A stretch of DNA of 32,000 nucleotides from assembly GCF_000012285.1 (NCBI RefSeq), contig NC_007181.1, positions 330,001-362,000 of the forward strand. The letters are read 5' to 3'. The DNA is from Sulfolobus acidocaldarius DSM 639 (lineage in GTDB: Archaea > Thermoproteota > Thermoprotei_A > Sulfolobales > Sulfolobaceae). Every line of letters begins with the position of its first letter. The first letter of the stretch is position 1. Of the stretch, positions 23,123 to 32,000 are shown piece after piece. Made by a program: the position numbers and the translations under genes. The notes under the pieces were generated by a model. That model did no database searches, was not told the DNA's origin, and saw only the letters and a list, made by a program, of their open reading frames with translations.

Positions 23123-24502
23123 ATGGCAGTTATAATAGCTTCCACAATGAGTGACTCAGGAAAATCCACAATTGTGACGGGCTTAAGCAAACTATTTCAT
23201 GTTAAACCTTTTAAAGCCCAAAACATGTCCCTGAATAGTTATGCAACATTAGATTATGGGGAGATAGCTTTTATTCAGGCTTATCAATCTATTGGCGCAG
23301 GTTTTTCCCCTGAGAGATATATGAACCCGTTATTACTTAAACCATCAGGTAACGGATTGTTAGAGGTCATCTTTTTTGGTGAATCGAAGGGTCTATTTAG
23401 ACCTCAAGACTACTATTCAACACTCAATTATTTTTGGACTGAAATAGAGAAAAATTTCTCTAATGAATTTATTGTAGAATCTGCTGGTGGTATAGAGCCA
23501 AATTTTTTAGATAAAGATTTAGCATTAAAAGTCTCTGCTAATTTTAACGTTCCAATTATTTTAGTTCTCGATATAGATAGGGGCGGAGCTTTCACATCAG
23601 CATTGGGATCTTATTTATCCTTGCCTGTTTCTTTGAGGGAAAAATTAAGGGGTTTTATAATAAATAAGTTTAGGGGAGATGAAAAGTTCCTGGAACCAGG
23701 GATAAAGTGGGTTGAGGAGAGAACAAATATGAAATACTTAGGCAGCTTACCGTATTTCGAGGAACCATTAATAATGCCAGAGGACTCCATGAACCTCAAT
23801 GAGGTAGGAAACGGAGAAATGGAGGTTAGTATAATAGCTTATCCGCAGATGAGCAATTTCAATGAGTTCTATGCCCTAAATAACTCTAATGCTCACCTTA
23901 AATTTGTAAAGAAACCTACGCAAATAACTGATTCAGACCTAGTGATCTTACCAGGTAGCAAAAATACAATAAAGAGTTTAGAGTGGCTTAAGAGCAGAGG
24001 CTTTACTGATTTCCTAAAGAGGAAACCCGTTCTCGGTATATGTGGGGGATTTCAGATCATGGGGAGTAAAATGATTGATAATAGTGGAGGACTAGAACTT
24101 GGAGATGTTAATCAGGTGGATGGACTAGGATTATTCGGAATTAACACTGTGTACGAGAAGGAAAAAGTCGTGAGTTTATCATCAGCCCAGTTAGGAATAG
24201 AGGGGTATGAAATAAGGAGAGGAAGAATAGAATACATCAATGAAGAGCCTCTAACCTACATCACGAGAAGAGGGAAAATGACGGTTTATGTGCCAGATGG
24301 AGTACTTAAAGGAGATAAGTTAGGTCTAAGTATTCATGGCTCCATGTTCTCCCCAGGAGGAAAGAAGGTTCTTAGCGAGGTATTTGGTCTTAAAATATAT
24401 GCTGAGGATTTGGAAACTGAAATAAAAAAGCAGGTAGATAATCTCTCACGCGTCTTAAAGCAACACGTAGATGTAGATAAAATTTATGAGCTATACATTT
24501 AA
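23123..24502 (+). CDS. cobQ: cobyric acid synthase
   Basis: N-terminal P-loop-like STMSDSGKSTIVTGL (CobQ/CbiP/DTBS-like domain) and a C-terminal GATase-like domain with GICGGFQIMG. Confidence 0.9.
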   Translation: MAVIIASTMSDSGKSTIVTGLSKLFHVKPFKAQNMSLNSYATLDYGEIAFIQAYQSIGAGFSPERYMNPLLLKPSGNGLLEVIFFGESKGLFRPQDYYSTLNYFWTEIEKNFSNEFIVESAGGIEPNFLDKDLALKVSANFNVPIILVLDIDRGGAFTSALGSYLSLPVSLREKLRGFIINKFRGDEKFLEPGIKWVEERTNMKYLGSLPYFEEPLIMPEDSMNLNEVGNGEMEVSIIAYPQMSNFNEFYALNNSNAHLKFVKKPTQITDSDLVILPGSKNTIKSLEWLKSRGFTDFLKRKPVLGICGGFQIMGSKMIDNSGGLELGDVNQVDGLGLFGINTVYEKEKVVSLSSAQLGIEGYEIRRGRIEYINEEPLTYITRRGKMTVYVPDGVLKGDKLGLSIHGSMFSPGGKKVLSEVFGLKIYAEDLETEIKKQVDNLSRVLKQHVDVDKIYELYI

Positions 24503-24524
24503 GCTAGTCTTGTAATTTTTACAC

Positions 24525-25646
24525 ATGGAGTTCGATCCGAAAAATTTCATTGATGAAGTAAAGCCACAATTAGAAAAGATATTAGACGGAAAGGCAATTG
24601 CTGCAGTTAGCGGAGGAGTAGATAGCACAACAGCTGCCACACTTACCTACAAATTAATGGGAGATAAGGTAATACCTATAATAATCGATACTGGATTTTT
24701 GAGAGAAGGAGAGGTTGAAAAAGTGAAAAATATGGTGAAAAACGTCTTACCTTTACAAGTTGTTGACGCAAAGGAAAAATTTCTTAGGGCATTAGAAGGA
24801 TTATCTGATGCTGAGGAAAAACGAAAAACTTTCCGAAAGATATTTTATGATATATTGTCTGAGCTGGTTAGAAAATATAACGCAAAATACCTTATACAAG
24901 GTACCATAGCAGCAGATTGGGTAGAGACGCAGGGAGGGATAAAAACACAACATAACGTCTTAGTACAATTGGGTATCGACACGGAGAGAGAATGGGGGTT
25001 TAAAGTTGTTGAGCCTTTAGCTGACCTTTACAAGAATGAGGTGAGAAAATTGGGTGAATACCTTGGATTACCAAAGGAGATATACAATAGGCAACCGTTC
25101 CCTGGACCAGGGCTTTTGGTAAGAACCGTGGGTAAACTTACGATTGAAAAACTAGAGCTGGTTAGAAAGGCTACAACAGTAGTAGAGAAATATTTAGATG
25201 GCATGGGTATATCACAGTATTTTGCGTTTATTTTTGAGGCTCAAAGTGAAAAACATGATGAACTTAGTAAAAGAGTTGGGAGCAATGTCTTCACATATAA
25301 GAAGATCAAAGCCACAGGTGTAAAAGGAGATGTAAGAGCTTATGGTAGGGTGGCTAAAATAGAAACTAATGAGGAAGACTATGAGAAACTGAGAGAATTA
25401 ATGGAAATGGTTACGAGTAGTGACGTCACCCATGTTGTTATACCAGTCGCTAGAAGAGAAGATGGTGAATATACAGTAGGAATAAGAGCTGTCTCTACGG
25501 AAGATTTTATGACAGCTGAAATAACTAAACTTGATAGAGGGATTCTCAGCAAAATAGGGAATGAAATACTCAATATATCTAAAAAAATACATGAGGTTGT
25601 TTATGATATTACTACTAAGCCACCGGCGACCATTGAGCTTGAGTAA
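24525..25646 (+). CDS. guaA: GMP synthase (glutamine-hydrolysing) subunit B (ATP pyrophosphatase subunit)
   Basis: PP-loop [12 protein letters not shown], ...[10 protein letters not shown]..., ...[19 protein letters not shown]......QPFPGPGL. The GATase subunit is not in this window. Confidence 0.9.
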
Positions 25647-26610
25647 ATTTGTCCAATAATTTAATTCTTTTTGCTGGATGTGGATGGTCACTGAAAAGGT
25701 CTGATAATATTCCTACTTTTTGTGTTCTCCAATAATTAACAAGTTCCTGTGCTTTATATGATGGAATTTCCTCATTACTCACATCTGTTCCAGAGAACAG
25801 CAGCATCTTTGCTACACCTCCACTTTTCTGCTTTACCCTATCAACTATTCCTGGGTCTGTGTAAATCACTATCTTGGCTAAGGCAGTCTGTAGGTTGCTA
25901 GCACCATTGGGAATTGTAAGTGCTGAATTAACATCAGCGTATGCTTCTCTCATCCTATTTAGGAATAACACGAAAATGTTGAATACGAAACTGACCGCAA
26001 TTAATACTATGCCTATGAGAAACAGTAAACCAGAGTTACTATTTCTTCCGCCGCCTCCACCTCCAAGTAATCCTCCCCACCATAATGAGTAGCCTAACCA
26101 ATACATTAAGGTCGGAATTAAACTTACAGCTAGTAATATCTCAGTGTCCCTATGTCTTAAATGACCTATTTCGTGTCCTATTACCGCTTTAATCTCGTCC
26201 TTATTGAGTATGTTTATAAGAGGAGTCGTTATTGCCATATTCTTTCCAAATAAAGGACTACTAAATGCAAATGCATTAGGGAAATTTACAGGTGCAACAT
26301 AAACCTTAGGCATACTCATATTGTTATAGGTTGCTACTTCCTGAACTAAGTTATATACCCAACCATAAGTTGGGTCGTCAGCCTTCACTTCAATTAGCCT
26401 ATACGCAGCTTTTATCATAAGAGGACCCAATAACCATTGTATGATTGTAAAAAATGTCACAAAGGCTAAAGCACCTGTAACGATAATCGATGTGTAAGCG
26501 AACCCAAACAAGTACCCAAGTAATCCATAAGCTACTAGAAATCCCAGAATAATGACAGATATTGCAGATAAAACCATTCCTAATCTAAATTTAAGGAGAC
26601 TTACCGCCAT
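25615..26610 (-). CDS. htpX: M48 family zinc metalloprotease HtpX homologue
   Basis: [10 protein letters not shown] (HExxH) motif, 4 TM helices, and a downstream EAYAD motif. The internal Gly run [11 protein letters not shown] is encoded by the GC-rich tract at 26048-26064. The 3' end overlaps guaA by 32 nt. Confidence 0.9.
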
Positions 26611-26671
26611 TTGTATAAAAAATCCCTATTTAACCTAATAAAGTTTTTAGTAACTTTAAGAGAATAAGGAT

Positions 26672-27079
26672 ATGGATGAGAGCTTGAGTGAACAGGATAT
26701 TGTAAAAGAGTATATGAGGTCGCCAGTGATTTCAGTAGATAAGAAGACGAAAATTAGTGAAATAGCCAAAATAATGACAGAGAAAAATATTGGTTCAGTG
26801 ATAGTTACAGAAAATAATAAGCCAATTGGCATAATCACTGAGAGAGACATAGTGAGAGCTATAGGTAAAGGTAAGAACCTGGAAAGCACTGCAGAGGAAA
26901 TTATGACAGTTTCATTAATAACCATAAGAGAGGATTCACCGATAGCAGGAGCATTATCCCTAATGAGGCAGTTTAACATAAGACACTTACCTGTAATTAA
27001 CGATAAGAGGGAATTAGTTGGGATTCTCTCCATTAGAGATGTAGCTAGAGCTATAGATAACTTACTTGAAGGTGATTAG
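26672..27079 (+). CDS. CBS domain pair protein
   Basis: Two CBS repeats: VKEYMRSPVISV...IGSVIVTENNKPIGIITERDIVRAI and AEEIMT..LITI......A..LM.....RHLPVINDKRELVGILSIRDVARA. Confidence 0.85.
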   Translation: MDESLSEQDIVKEYMRSPVISVDKKTKISEIAKIMTEKNIGSVIVTENNKPIGIITERDIVRAIGKGKNLESTAEEIMTVSLITIREDSPIAGALSLMRQFNIRHLPVINDKRELVGILSIRDVARAIDNLLEGD

Positions 27080-27085
27080 ATTTTC

Positions 27086-27301
27086 ATGAGAATCAAAGTG
27101 CCAAAAGAATGGTATGAAATTTTAAACCAAATCGCAAGGAAAAAACACATAACTCTTTCTAACTTAATTGCTGAAATAAGTAAATCCACAGAATGCCTGG
27201 GTTTACCATATATCTCCTCAACACAGTACAAGCAGATAAATGTAAGTATAGAGGACAAACAGATAGAATGGAAAATAGAAAAATTCTTATTCTGTAACTA
27301 A
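27086..27301 (+). CDS. small hypothetical protein, possibly ribbon-helix-helix (CopG-like)
   Basis: Starts 6 nt after the CBS gene stop. MRIKVPKEWYEILNQIARKKHITLSNLIAEI fits a beta-strand/helix/helix RHH pattern. A 60-aa antisense ORF (27076-27258) is the alternative reading, and I judge it less likely. Confidence 0.4.
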   Translation: MRIKVPKEWYEILNQIARKKHITLSNLIAEISKSTECLGLPYISSTQYKQINVSIEDKQIEWKIEKFLFCN

Positions 27302-27388
27302 CTTCGACTATAAGTTAGCAATAAGTGACTTTAGAGACTTATCTTTACAACGATTAAAAATAAAGTTCGGGATAAGAAACGGAAAAAC

Positions 27389-28888
27389 GTGGAAAAGAAA
27401 AAGGTAGAGGAGAAGAAAATAAGACCAATTTACGTTGGTTTATTCAATTTCGGTACGAGAATAGTTAGTGCTCCCATTTCTTTTGTATTCACTTACCTGG
27501 TAGCCCATTACCTCAGTAATTTGCAGAACGGGCAAATAATATTTGCTACATGGCAGTCTATGTTCGTACTAATAATGGGTTACTTTACCTTACCTGCAGA
27601 TATTTTCTCGTTAGTGACATCAAGGTTCTCTGTTGAAAACAGACCTGTGGGTGGAATATTATTATTAAATTTGATAACAGGTGCAATTTCCTCCCTAATA
27701 TATGTAGTATTAACCCCTTATCTCATGTCAACTATAGGATATTTTAATACTTACGCGTTCTATTCAGGAATAATAGTTATATTGACATTCTACGTACTTC
27801 GTATAACTACTGCAATAACTAGAGGATTATCGCCAAGGATGATCGGAATCTCAGGCGTGATCTTTCAGATATCTAGATTAGTAATCGTTCTGGTATTATT
27901 TTACGTTTTTAAATTAAATATACTGGCTGTATCCCTAGCTTACGGTATAGGCTATTTAGCTCAAACTCTGGTATATTCAAATTTTATAAAATCTAACCTC
28001 AAGGTTGATTTTAAAACAACTGTAGAAATAGCTAAAAAGTCACTGACCACAATAATATCATTTCTGCAACTCATATTAGAGGCTACAATAGTATGGATAA
28101 CACTGGCTATAACAAACGATGCGATTACAGTAGCTTACTTTGAGTCTGCAATAATAATATCCAACATAGTCACGTGGACATACTCGCTCTATGACGGGTT
28201 AATTGCAAAATTGAGTGAAACTAAAAGCGCTGAGGTTGTGGAGAATTTCGTTAAACTTTATTTTGTAGTATCAGCCTTTTTTCTATCCCTAGTTATAATA
28301 GAGGGTAGAGGGCTTCTATACCACCTTAGACCAGAGTATATGCAAGCCTTTATAACTTTCATAATAATTTCGATCTCCTCTTTCCTAAGAGGACTCAACA
28401 CATTATTTTATCAGGCGGTTGTAATGATCGATAGGGCTTTAGGTAGCGAAGAGCGATTTGACATTAAAAAAAGTTACACTGCAAAGTTAAATGCTTCAAA
28501 TACTATCTTCGCTATTATAGGAGTAGGTATTTCAGTAATCTTAGTCTATATTTACAAAGGATCCTCCCCTGCCCTATTATCTTCACTGATGACAATAGGA
28601 GTTACAGTAAATTCAGTTTGGATGACAATTTCCTCAGCTAGGATTTGTAAATCCCTTTATTCAATGAAAATTCCGGTAAAAGATATTGTAACTTCAACCT
28701 TCATAAGTATATTTACTACATTAGTAGGGATCATGTTCTTCTCTAGTAATTTTAGTTACCTTTACATGTTGGTATCTGCTCTGATCGGAAGCAGCATTTT
28801 CATAAGCCTCAGTTATGTATCAAGTCCCTTTGCAAGATATATTATTAAAAGAGGGTTAGTGGAGATAAGAAAAATTCTTATGCAATAA
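27389..28888 (+). CDS. MOP/Wzx-like oligosaccharide flippase family membrane protein
   Basis: 499 aa with about 12-14 TM helices, a Lys-rich N-terminus and polysaccharide-biosynthesis-protein-like topology. GTG start. Neighbouring genes are glycan related. Confidence 0.7.
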   Translation: MEKKKVEEKKIRPIYVGLFNFGTRIVSAPISFVFTYLVAHYLSNLQNGQIIFATWQSMFVLIMGYFTLPADIFSLVTSRFSVENRPVGGILLLNLITGAISSLIYVVLTPYLMSTIGYFNTYAFYSGIIVILTFYVLRITTAITRGLSPRMIGISGVIFQISRLVIVLVLFYVFKLNILAVSLAYGIGYLAQTLVYSNFIKSNLKVDFKTTVEIAKKSLTTIISFLQLILEATIVWITLAITNDAITVAYFESAIIISNIVTWTYSLYDGLIAKLSETKSAEVVENFVKLYFVVSAFFLSLVIIEGRGLLYHLRPEYMQAFITFIIISISSFLRGLNTLFYQAVVMIDRALGSEERFDIKKSYTAKLNASNTIFAIIGVGISVILVYIYKGSSPALLSSLMTIGVTVNSVWMTISSARICKSLYSMKIPVKDIVTSTFISIFTTLVGIMFFSSNFSYLYMLVSALIGSSIFISLSYVSSPFARYIIKRGLVEIRKILMQ

Positions 28889-28903
28889 CATGAAGAGAAA
28901 TTT

Positions 28904-29723
28904 ATGATTGGTTTTGAAATTAGGATGAAAAGACTTTTTGAGAGAGGCAAAGCCTTCGTAGTAGCTCTAGACCACGGTCTAGTAATGGGACCATTAAAAG
29001 GTATTGAGAGGGTAGCAGAAGTGGTTAGAAAAATATCGTTTAATGGACCAGACGCACTTCAAATGACGCCTGGTATGTTAAAGATCGTGAAGGAGAACTT
29101 CTTCTCCAGAGGATCTCCCATGTTAATAGCAAGATTAGATACGGCAAATGTATGGAGGTCTGATTATAAGAGATTCGAAAGTGGATATTATTCACAAATA
29201 TATTCTGTTAAGGATGCTATTGAGGCTGGAGCTGACGCCGTAGTTACGTATTTCGTGGTAGGATATGGAGATGATCGTGTAGAGGGATATAACATCGAGA
29301 GTTTTGGCTAAAGCGAGAAGAGAAGCAAATGACTATGGAATACCGTTTATAATCGAGCCATTATTTGTCTCTCCTGATAATCCAGATTCTGTTAAAGATC
29401 CCAAGTTAGTTAAATACGTAACTAGATTAGCCTCAGAGATAGGTGCGGACATCCTCAAAGTAGATTATACAGGGGACAAAAACTCATTTAGGGAAGTAGT
29501 AGATTTGGCTTTTGCACCAATCTTAATAAGGGGAGGTCCTAAAACAAAAAATGATACTGAATTCCTACAAATGCTAAAAGACGCTATTCAGGCGGGTGCC
29601 TCAGGAATTACGGTCGGGAGAAACTTATGGCAGTCCAAAGAGCCGGATAAAATGGCAAGAGCGATTTCTGGATTAGTTCATGAGGGAAAGGATATTGGGG
29701 AAATATTAAAAATACTGGGTTGA
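28904..29723 (+). pseudogene. class I (DhnA/FbaB/ADH-synthase type) aldolase interrupted by a +1 frameshift
   Basis: ORF 28904-29311 carries the N-half (AFVVALDHGLVMGP...GADAVVTYFVVG). ORF 29304-29723 carries the C-half with the Schiff-base lysine context ADILKVDYTG and GGPK....EFL.M..DA..AGA.G...GRN. Together they make 274 aa, the normal family length. The frames switch at the T4 run at 29302-29305; removing one T gives ...NIESLAKARREANDYGIP... Confidence 0.75.
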
Positions 29724-30874
29724 AGTTTAAACTTGTGTTTAAACAACTAATAATTAAATATTTTGGGATAATATCTGTTGTAATCCTTGCAACAATAATC
29801 TCTATTTACACCTTTTACACTGTTTCAACATTTGCGGGTATAAAGGATTACGTTGGAGACGAAGTGTGGTACCCTTCAGCTGCATATAATATATTAAAGC
29901 TTGTATTTCACGTCCAAGTACCTATGAATTTTCCATATCCAAATGAAGCTAATATACAATACTACGTAAATCCGGAGCATCCTCCACTACCTAAGTATAT
30001 CATGGCACTCTTCATATACGCTTTAGGCTATAATCCATTAGTCTGGAGAATACCTTCATGGATTTTAGGTGATCTCACAATTATTATTGCCTTTCTAATG
30101 GCTAGAAAACTTATCGGAAACAATGTATTGGGAAATGTATCTGGGTTAATTGCATCTGTACTGATTGCATTAGACCCAAACATATGGGTTATGCACGGAA
30201 TTGCTATGCTCGAGATATATGCTGGATTTTTCTCCCTCTTCACACTCTATCTTCTGCTCTCAGATAGAATAAAGTCGTCTTCTGTAGGTTTAGGTTTAGC
30301 ATTCCTGGCTAAAGAGAGCTTGCTACCCCTTCTTATACCATACATATATTATCTAGGAGAGATAGTAAAACAACGTACCAAGAGAGTTATTTATGGGATA
30401 CTTATTCCGGTAGCAATATACGTGGCTTTTTCAATACCATTAATTATCTATTTTGGTGGTATAAAACAATGGTTAGATGCGTCATTTCTGCACATGCTAA
30501 GTTGGGATGTTACTAATGGGCACATTTCCCTTTCTGCAACAAACCAGATAAGTGCACCGTGGGATTGGTTCTTAGATATTCACCCATTTTTCTTAGGCTA
30601 TGGACTATATGCTAATGTGAATCCGCTTCTAATGTGGGCTTGGGTCGTAACTACACCATTAGCCTTTATAATGAAAGACATTAAACTAATTATCTTCACC
30701 ATGTCTGCATGGTCTATATGGCTGGGTTTTGTAGCCGTATACTTTCTGGGAAATCATACATTGTTCAGCTTCTATGTTACTGATTTTGCTACAATCTCAG
30801 ATGTTTACGTGCCTATCTCATTATTTAAATTTCTTAACTGGATAGAACTAAGGAATAAGGGTGAAAATAATTGA
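29720..30874 (+). CDS. GT-C fold membrane glycosyltransferase (PMT/ArnT-like, GT39/GT83-type)
   Basis: 384 aa with about 10 TM helices. The first extracytoplasmic loop carries the acidic DE motif (YVGDEVWYPSAAY) typical of dolichyl- or undecaprenyl-phosphate-sugar dependent GT-C enzymes. TTG start overlaps the upstream stop. Confidence 0.65.
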   Translation: MKFKLVFKQLIIKYFGIISVVILATIISIYTFYTVSTFAGIKDYVGDEVWYPSAAYNILKLVFHVQVPMNFPYPNEANIQYYVNPEHPPLPKYIMALFIYALGYNPLVWRIPSWILGDLTIIIAFLMARKLIGNNVLGNVSGLIASVLIALDPNIWVMHGIAMLEIYAGFFSLFTLYLLLSDRIKSSSVGLGLAFLAKESLLPLLIPYIYYLGEIVKQRTKRVIYGILIPVAIYVAFSIPLIIYFGGIKQWLDASFLHMLSWDVTNGHISLSATNQISAPWDWFLDIHPFFLGYGLYANVNPLLMWAWVVTTPLAFIMKDIKLIIFTMSAWSIWLGFVAVYFLGNHTLFSFYVTDFATISDVYVPISLFKFLNWIELRNKGENN

Positions 30875-31644
30875 TCGAGAAGGCTGTTATTACCGCAGCA
30901 GGTAAGGGAAGTAGAATGAAATACATAACTACAGTGCTTCCAAAGGCACTTTTACCTCTTTTTAGTAGTGAAAATGGAGATCTAATTACGAGACCTGTTA
31001 TAGATCTTATTTTTGATTCTTTGTCTTCTGTTGGAGTTAAAAAGTTCTGTATAGTTGTTGGAAAACATGGAAAATTATTGATGGACTATCTATTTGATAT
31101 GGGGGTTACTTTTGTATTTCAACCTCATCCGAAAGGGTTCGGTGATGCAGTATTAAAAGCTGAAGACTTCTCTAGTAACGACCCATTCATAGTTCATGCT
31201 GATGATGGAGTATTAACAGGAGGGTATAAGGAGGCTGTCTCACTTTTTGATGAGGTAAAACCAGATGCTGTGCTTTTACTTAGAGAAGTTAAGAATCCTA
31301 AGAGATATGGTATAGTTGATGTTAAAGATGAAGGAGAGTATATGGGGCATAAAATGTATAGAGTGATTGAAGCTCAAGAAAAACCCCAAAATCCTAGGTC
31401 AAACATAGGTATATCTGCTGTATACATATTTTCTCCAAAAATATTTCAGGGTTTGAATAAGGTTAAAGTAGAGGAGGGAAAAGAGCTCGAACTAACATAC
31501 GGAATTCAAAATATCATAAGCGAAGGCGGTGAGGTATATGGAATTCTGTTGAAAGATGAAAAATGGTTAAATGTAGGAGATCCAGTAAGTTATATCGACG
31601 CTTTAAACCTCACTTACTCTTTTCATGTTAAGAAGTATCAGTGA
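30871..31644 (+). CDS. sugar-1-phosphate nucleotidylyltransferase (RmlA/GalU-like)
   Basis: (M)IEKAVITAAGKGSRM....LPKALLPL N-terminal signature, ...GFGDAV..A, ...HADD..., 257 aa. TTG start overlaps the upstream stop (4 nt). Confidence 0.85.
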   Translation: MIEKAVITAAGKGSRMKYITTVLPKALLPLFSSENGDLITRPVIDLIFDSLSSVGVKKFCIVVGKHGKLLMDYLFDMGVTFVFQPHPKGFGDAVLKAEDFSSNDPFIVHADDGVLTGGYKEAVSLFDEVKPDAVLLLREVKNPKRYGIVDVKDEGEYMGHKMYRVIEAQEKPQNPRSNIGISAVYIFSPKIFQGLNKVKVEEGKELELTYGIQNIISEGGEVYGILLKDEKWLNVGDPVSYIDALNLTYSFHVKKYQ

Positions 31645-31696
31645 TTTTCCAAGAACGATCAAGAAATCAAGTAAAAAGATAAATCATGATTTATGT

Positions 31697-32000
31697 TTAT
31701 CTTACTCTTTTAACGTATTGTGGTTTTCTCCATTTAGTCTTTGGCAATATAACATGCTTAAATCTCTCTAACCTAGTCTTATAAGGTAGTAGATCCTTTA
31801 TCATTATTTTAACATCCTCAGGTAATCTCTTTTTAGGATAAAATCCTAAGGATGGCAACACTTTCCTCTCAGGGTTGTAGTAATGCTCTTCCGCCTCCAC
31901 TCTAGGATTTTCGTATGAACCTATTTCCACATTTAATCCTAGCTCCTCTCCAGCCTTCTTTACAAATTCAGCTATTTTCTTAACACTATATATCTCTGCA
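31697..32000 (-). CDS. hypothetical protein, 3' portion only (5' end beyond the window)
   Basis: The minus-strand frame stays open from the listed GTG (31930) to nt 32000 (...AEIYSVKKIAEFVKKAGEELGLNVEIGSYENP...), so the real gene probably starts outside the window. Basic C-terminal tail. No family recognised. Confidence 0.45.
   Translation of the reverse strand, partial: AEIYSVKKIAEFVKKAGEELGLNVEIGSYENPRVEAEEHYYNPERKVLPSLGFYPKKRLPEDVKIMIKDLLPYKTRLERFKHVILPKTKWRKPQYVKRVR

Noticed and set aside
24528-24542. A tRNA T-arm-like string, GGAGTTCGATCCG.
   Set aside because: It lies in the first codons of guaA (MEFDPK). There is no acceptor stem, D-arm or anticodon arm in the flanks.
26048-26064. 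A GC-rich CCGCCGCCTCCACCTCC tract that stands out from the AT-rich background.
   Set aside because: It is explained by coding. On the minus strand it encodes the Gly run (GGGGGG) in a loop of HtpX.
26656-27033. A 125-aa minus-strand ORF that almost exactly mirrors the CBS-domain gene.
   Set aside because: The plus-strand product has two textbook CBS repeats. The minus-strand product is a hydrophobic, low-complexity mirror translation.
1-32000. A window-wide search for CRISPR arrays, rRNA or tRNA genes, transposases or integrases, toxin-antitoxin pairs and known defence genes.
   Set aside because: I found no regularly spaced direct repeats, no structured-RNA gene signatures other than the two C/D box candidates, and no ORF with nuclease, integrase, transposase or defence-type motifs.

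Overview
AT-rich, gene-dense window (about 40 genes, many 1-35 nt overlaps, TATA-like boxes about 26-28 nt upstream of first-gene start codons). This looks like a thermoacidophilic crenarchaeon of the Sulfolobales type; that assignment is inferred from style and protein families, not from any search. The main content is an anaerobic-type (early cobalt insertion) cobalamin pathway in two blocks. Block 1 (7.8-15.6 kb, minus strand) is asparaginase-cbiG-cbiE, then a gap, then cbiX::cbiC-cbiH-cbiD-cbiT-cbiL-cbiF and a 95-aa unknown ORF, with a plus-strand PurM-like/cobY/DUF1614 trio at 5.6-7.8 kb. Block 2 (21.5-24.5 kb) is cbiB-cobS, divergent from cobQ. Between the blocks lies a 4.7 kb island (15.8-20.5 kb) encoding N-terminally anchored or secreted proteins rich in N-glycosylation sequons. 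It holds two pilin-sized paralogues, a 442-aa protein with a C-terminal legume-lectin/ConA-like region, a frameshift-split paralogue-like gene and a divergent membrane protein. I consider this island the best candidate for a poorly described system: a non-type-IV, thread or chaperone-usher-like surface filament with a lectin adhesin. Two convergent C/D box sRNA candidates sit at the island's left border. The flanks carry an SSF symporter, DUF2203, a HIBADH-like dehydrogenase, a NifX-like protein with a natural His6 tail, an Rdx/SelW-like protein, an ABC-2 exporter, GMP synthase subunit B, HtpX, a CBS protein, and a glycan-assembly cluster (flippase, frameshifted DhnA-type aldolase, GT-C glycosyltransferase, sugar nucleotidyltransferase). 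I found no rRNA, tRNA, CRISPR array, transposase or integrase. All family calls rest on motif recognition by eye.
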